Shown piece after piece: positions 33,934-35,473 of a stretch of DNA of 35,473 nt (its first letter is position 1; every line of letters begins with the position of its first letter). Under the pieces are notes generated by a model. That model worked only from the letters and a program-made list of their open reading frames with translations. It was not told the origin of the DNA and searched no databases. A program made the position numbers and the translations under genes. Location: contig CAZOLA010000011.1 in NCBI GenBank assembly GCA_964580845.1, positions 24,660 to 60,132 on the forward strand. Reading direction: 5' to 3'. The DNA is from an uncultured Sphingobacterium sp. Its GTDB lineage: Bacteria > Bacteroidota > Bacteroidia > Sphingobacteriales > Sphingobacteriaceae.

Positions 33934-35473
33934 ATGGCTGAGAAAAAATTTACCACCACATCGGGTATAGAAATTAAAGAAGTTTATTCCGAACCACGTC
34001 TAATTACCGAACGCCCTGGCGAATTCCCTTTTACCAGAGGTATTCAAAAGGATATGTACCGCGGTAAAACTTGGACCATGCGTCAATACGCTGGTTTTTC
34101 TACTGCCGAAGAATCCAATAAACGCTATCATTATTTGTTAGGTCAGGGTACCATGGGCTTATCGGTTGCATTCGATTTGCCCACACAAATCGGCTATGAT
34201 TCAGACCATCCGATGGCCGATGGGGAAGTAGGTAAGGTAGGTGTGGCCATCGATTCATTAAAAGACATGGAGATTTTATTTGATGGAATTCAGCTGGAAA
34301 AAATCACCACCTCCATGACCATCAATGCCACCGCAGCTATTTTACTTTCCATGTACATCGCGGTAGCCAAAAAACAGGGAGCAAATATTCAGCAGATTTC
34401 AGGCACCATACAGAACGATATCTTAAAAGAGTATGCCGCCCGGGGCACATATATTTATCCACCCAAGCCTTCCATGCGTTTGGTTACCGATGTTTTCCAA
34501 TACTGTAGCCAGCAGGTTCCTAAGTGGAATACCATTTCTATTTCAGGATATCACATTCGGGAGGCGGGCTCTACTGCAGTTCAGGAATTGGCCTTTACAT
34601 TGGCTAATGGAAAGGCCTATTTAAAAGCTGCCATAGACAAAGGCTTAGAGATCAATGTTTTCGCAAAGCGATTGTCTTTCTTCTTTAATTGCCATAATAA
34701 TTTTTTTGAAGAAATTGCCAAATTCAGGGCTGCCCGCCGCATGTGGGCAAAAATAACTCAAGAGCTGGGGGCCAGTGATCCTTCCGCACAAAAATTGCGC
34801 TTTCATACCCAAACTGGAGGCTCAACTTTAACCGCACAACAACCTTTAAACAATATAGTAAGGGTGGGTAATCAGGCATTGGCTGCAGTATTGGGCGGCA
34901 CCCAGTCGCTGCATACCAATGGTTACGATGAGGCACTTTCCTTACCAACTGAGGCTGCTGCCAAAATCGCATTACGAACGCAGCAGATCATTGCTTTTGA
35001 GAGTGGTGTGACCGATACGGTAGATCCCCTGGCGGGTTCTTATTTTGTGGAGCACTTAACCGACGAAATAGAAGCTGCCGCTTGGAAATACATTGAAACC
35101 ATCGATGCCATGGGGGGTGCTGTTAATGCCATCGAATCCGGTTACATGCAGCAGGAGATAGGTAATGCCGCCTACGAATACCAGCAAGATTTGGAGGAAG
35201 GGAATCGAATTTTGGTGGGTGTCAATAAATTCACAGAAGACGATGGGGTAAATGCAGAAGTTTTCCGAGTAGATGATTCTATCAGAAAGGTGCAAACTGA
35301 TAAACTGAACAAACTGAAGGTAGAACGTGATTCGATTGCAGTTGAAAAAGCCCTGGTCGAATTGGCTAAAGCGGCTGCCGGCAACGAAAATCTGATGCCG
35401 CACATCTTAACGGCGGTGGAAGTCTACGCCACCCTCGGCGAAATTGCCGATACTTTACGCAAAGAATTCGGGG
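33934..35473 (+). CDS. Methylmalonyl-CoA mutase-family large subunit, substrate-binding TIM-barrel domain (3' end beyond the window)
   Basis: ATG at 33934. The translation [60 protein letters not shown]...[17 protein letters not shown]...[15 protein letters not shown] is the canonical MCM N-terminal domain. The open frame continues to the window edge, so it is missing from the ORF track. Confidence 0.85.
   Translation, partial: MAEKKFTTTSGIEIKEVYSEPRLITERPGEFPFTRGIQKDMYRGKTWTMRQYAGFSTAEESNKRYHYLLGQGTMGLSVAFDLPTQIGYDSDHPMADGEVGKVGVAIDSLKDMEILFDGIQLEKITTSMTINATAAILLSMYIAVAKKQGANIQQISGTIQNDILKEYAARGTYIYPPKPSMRLVTDVFQYCSQQVPKWNTISISGYHIREAGSTAVQELAFTLANGKAYLKAAIDKGLEINVFAKRLSFFFNCHNNFFEEIAKFRAARRMWAKITQELGASDPSAQKLRFHTQTGGSTLTAQQPLNNIVRVGNQALAAVLGGTQSLHTNGYDEALSLPTEAAAKIALRTQQIIAFESGVTDTVDPLAGSYFVEHLTDEIEAAAWKYIETIDAMGGAVNAIESGYMQQEIGNAAYEYQQDLEEGNRILVGVNKFTEDDGVNAEVFRVDDSIRKVQTDKLNKLKVERDSIAVEKALVELAKAAAGNENLMPHILTAVEVYATLGEIADTLRKEFG

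Noticed and set aside
1-35473. Search for tRNAs, CRISPR arrays, IS elements and defence systems
   Set aside because: No intergenic region is long enough to hold an RNA gene. The longest is 148 bp and lacks tRNA-like conserved arms. I found no direct-repeat or spacer periodicity and no transposase, integrase, nuclease-ATPase or toxin-antitoxin-like ORFs. Every large ORF has a housekeeping assignment.

Overview
The window reads as ordinary chromosomal DNA from a Bacteroidota (Sphingobacteriia-like) genome, and I found no clear candidate for a previously undescribed system. Supporting signs are a type-B T9SS C-terminal domain, frequent TTG/GTG upstream starts, an FtsX-type permease without an adjacent ATPase gene, and about 42% GC by eye. 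I found no IS elements, CRISPR arrays, tRNAs or rRNAs. Reading 5' to 3', the first block is peptide/murein-peptide catabolism: partial PepT, an M14 carboxypeptidase, a rhomboid protease, a 325-aa unknown protein and an L-Ala-D/L-Glu epimerase. Next come an SPFH/band-7 gene, a tiny membrane protein and a rhodanese in one operon. A MarR-led beta-oxidation operon follows (fadB-like, thiolase, acyl-CoA dehydrogenase). It sits behind a duplicated palindromic operator candidate and ends at a clean terminator. An FKBP lipoprotein follows. The most interesting region is a light/pigment island. A photolyase and a TIGR01777 epimerase-like gene are divergent from an operon that encodes a thioredoxin-like 2Fe-2S ferredoxin, a CrtI/CrtD-family desaturase, a PlsC-type acyltransferase, a GT2 glycosyltransferase, a CruF-like membrane protein and IspH. 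That gene set predicts an acylated, glycosylated hydroxy-carotenoid, although crtB, crtI and crtY are absent from the window. The remainder is housekeeping: an alpha/beta hydrolase, YebC, an SDR-type threonine-dehydrogenase-like gene, a large lamin-tail-domain protein with a type-B T9SS CTD, asd, an S9 peptidase, PBP4, an FtsX-like permease, ErpA/IscA and a 3'-truncated methylmalonyl-CoA mutase.
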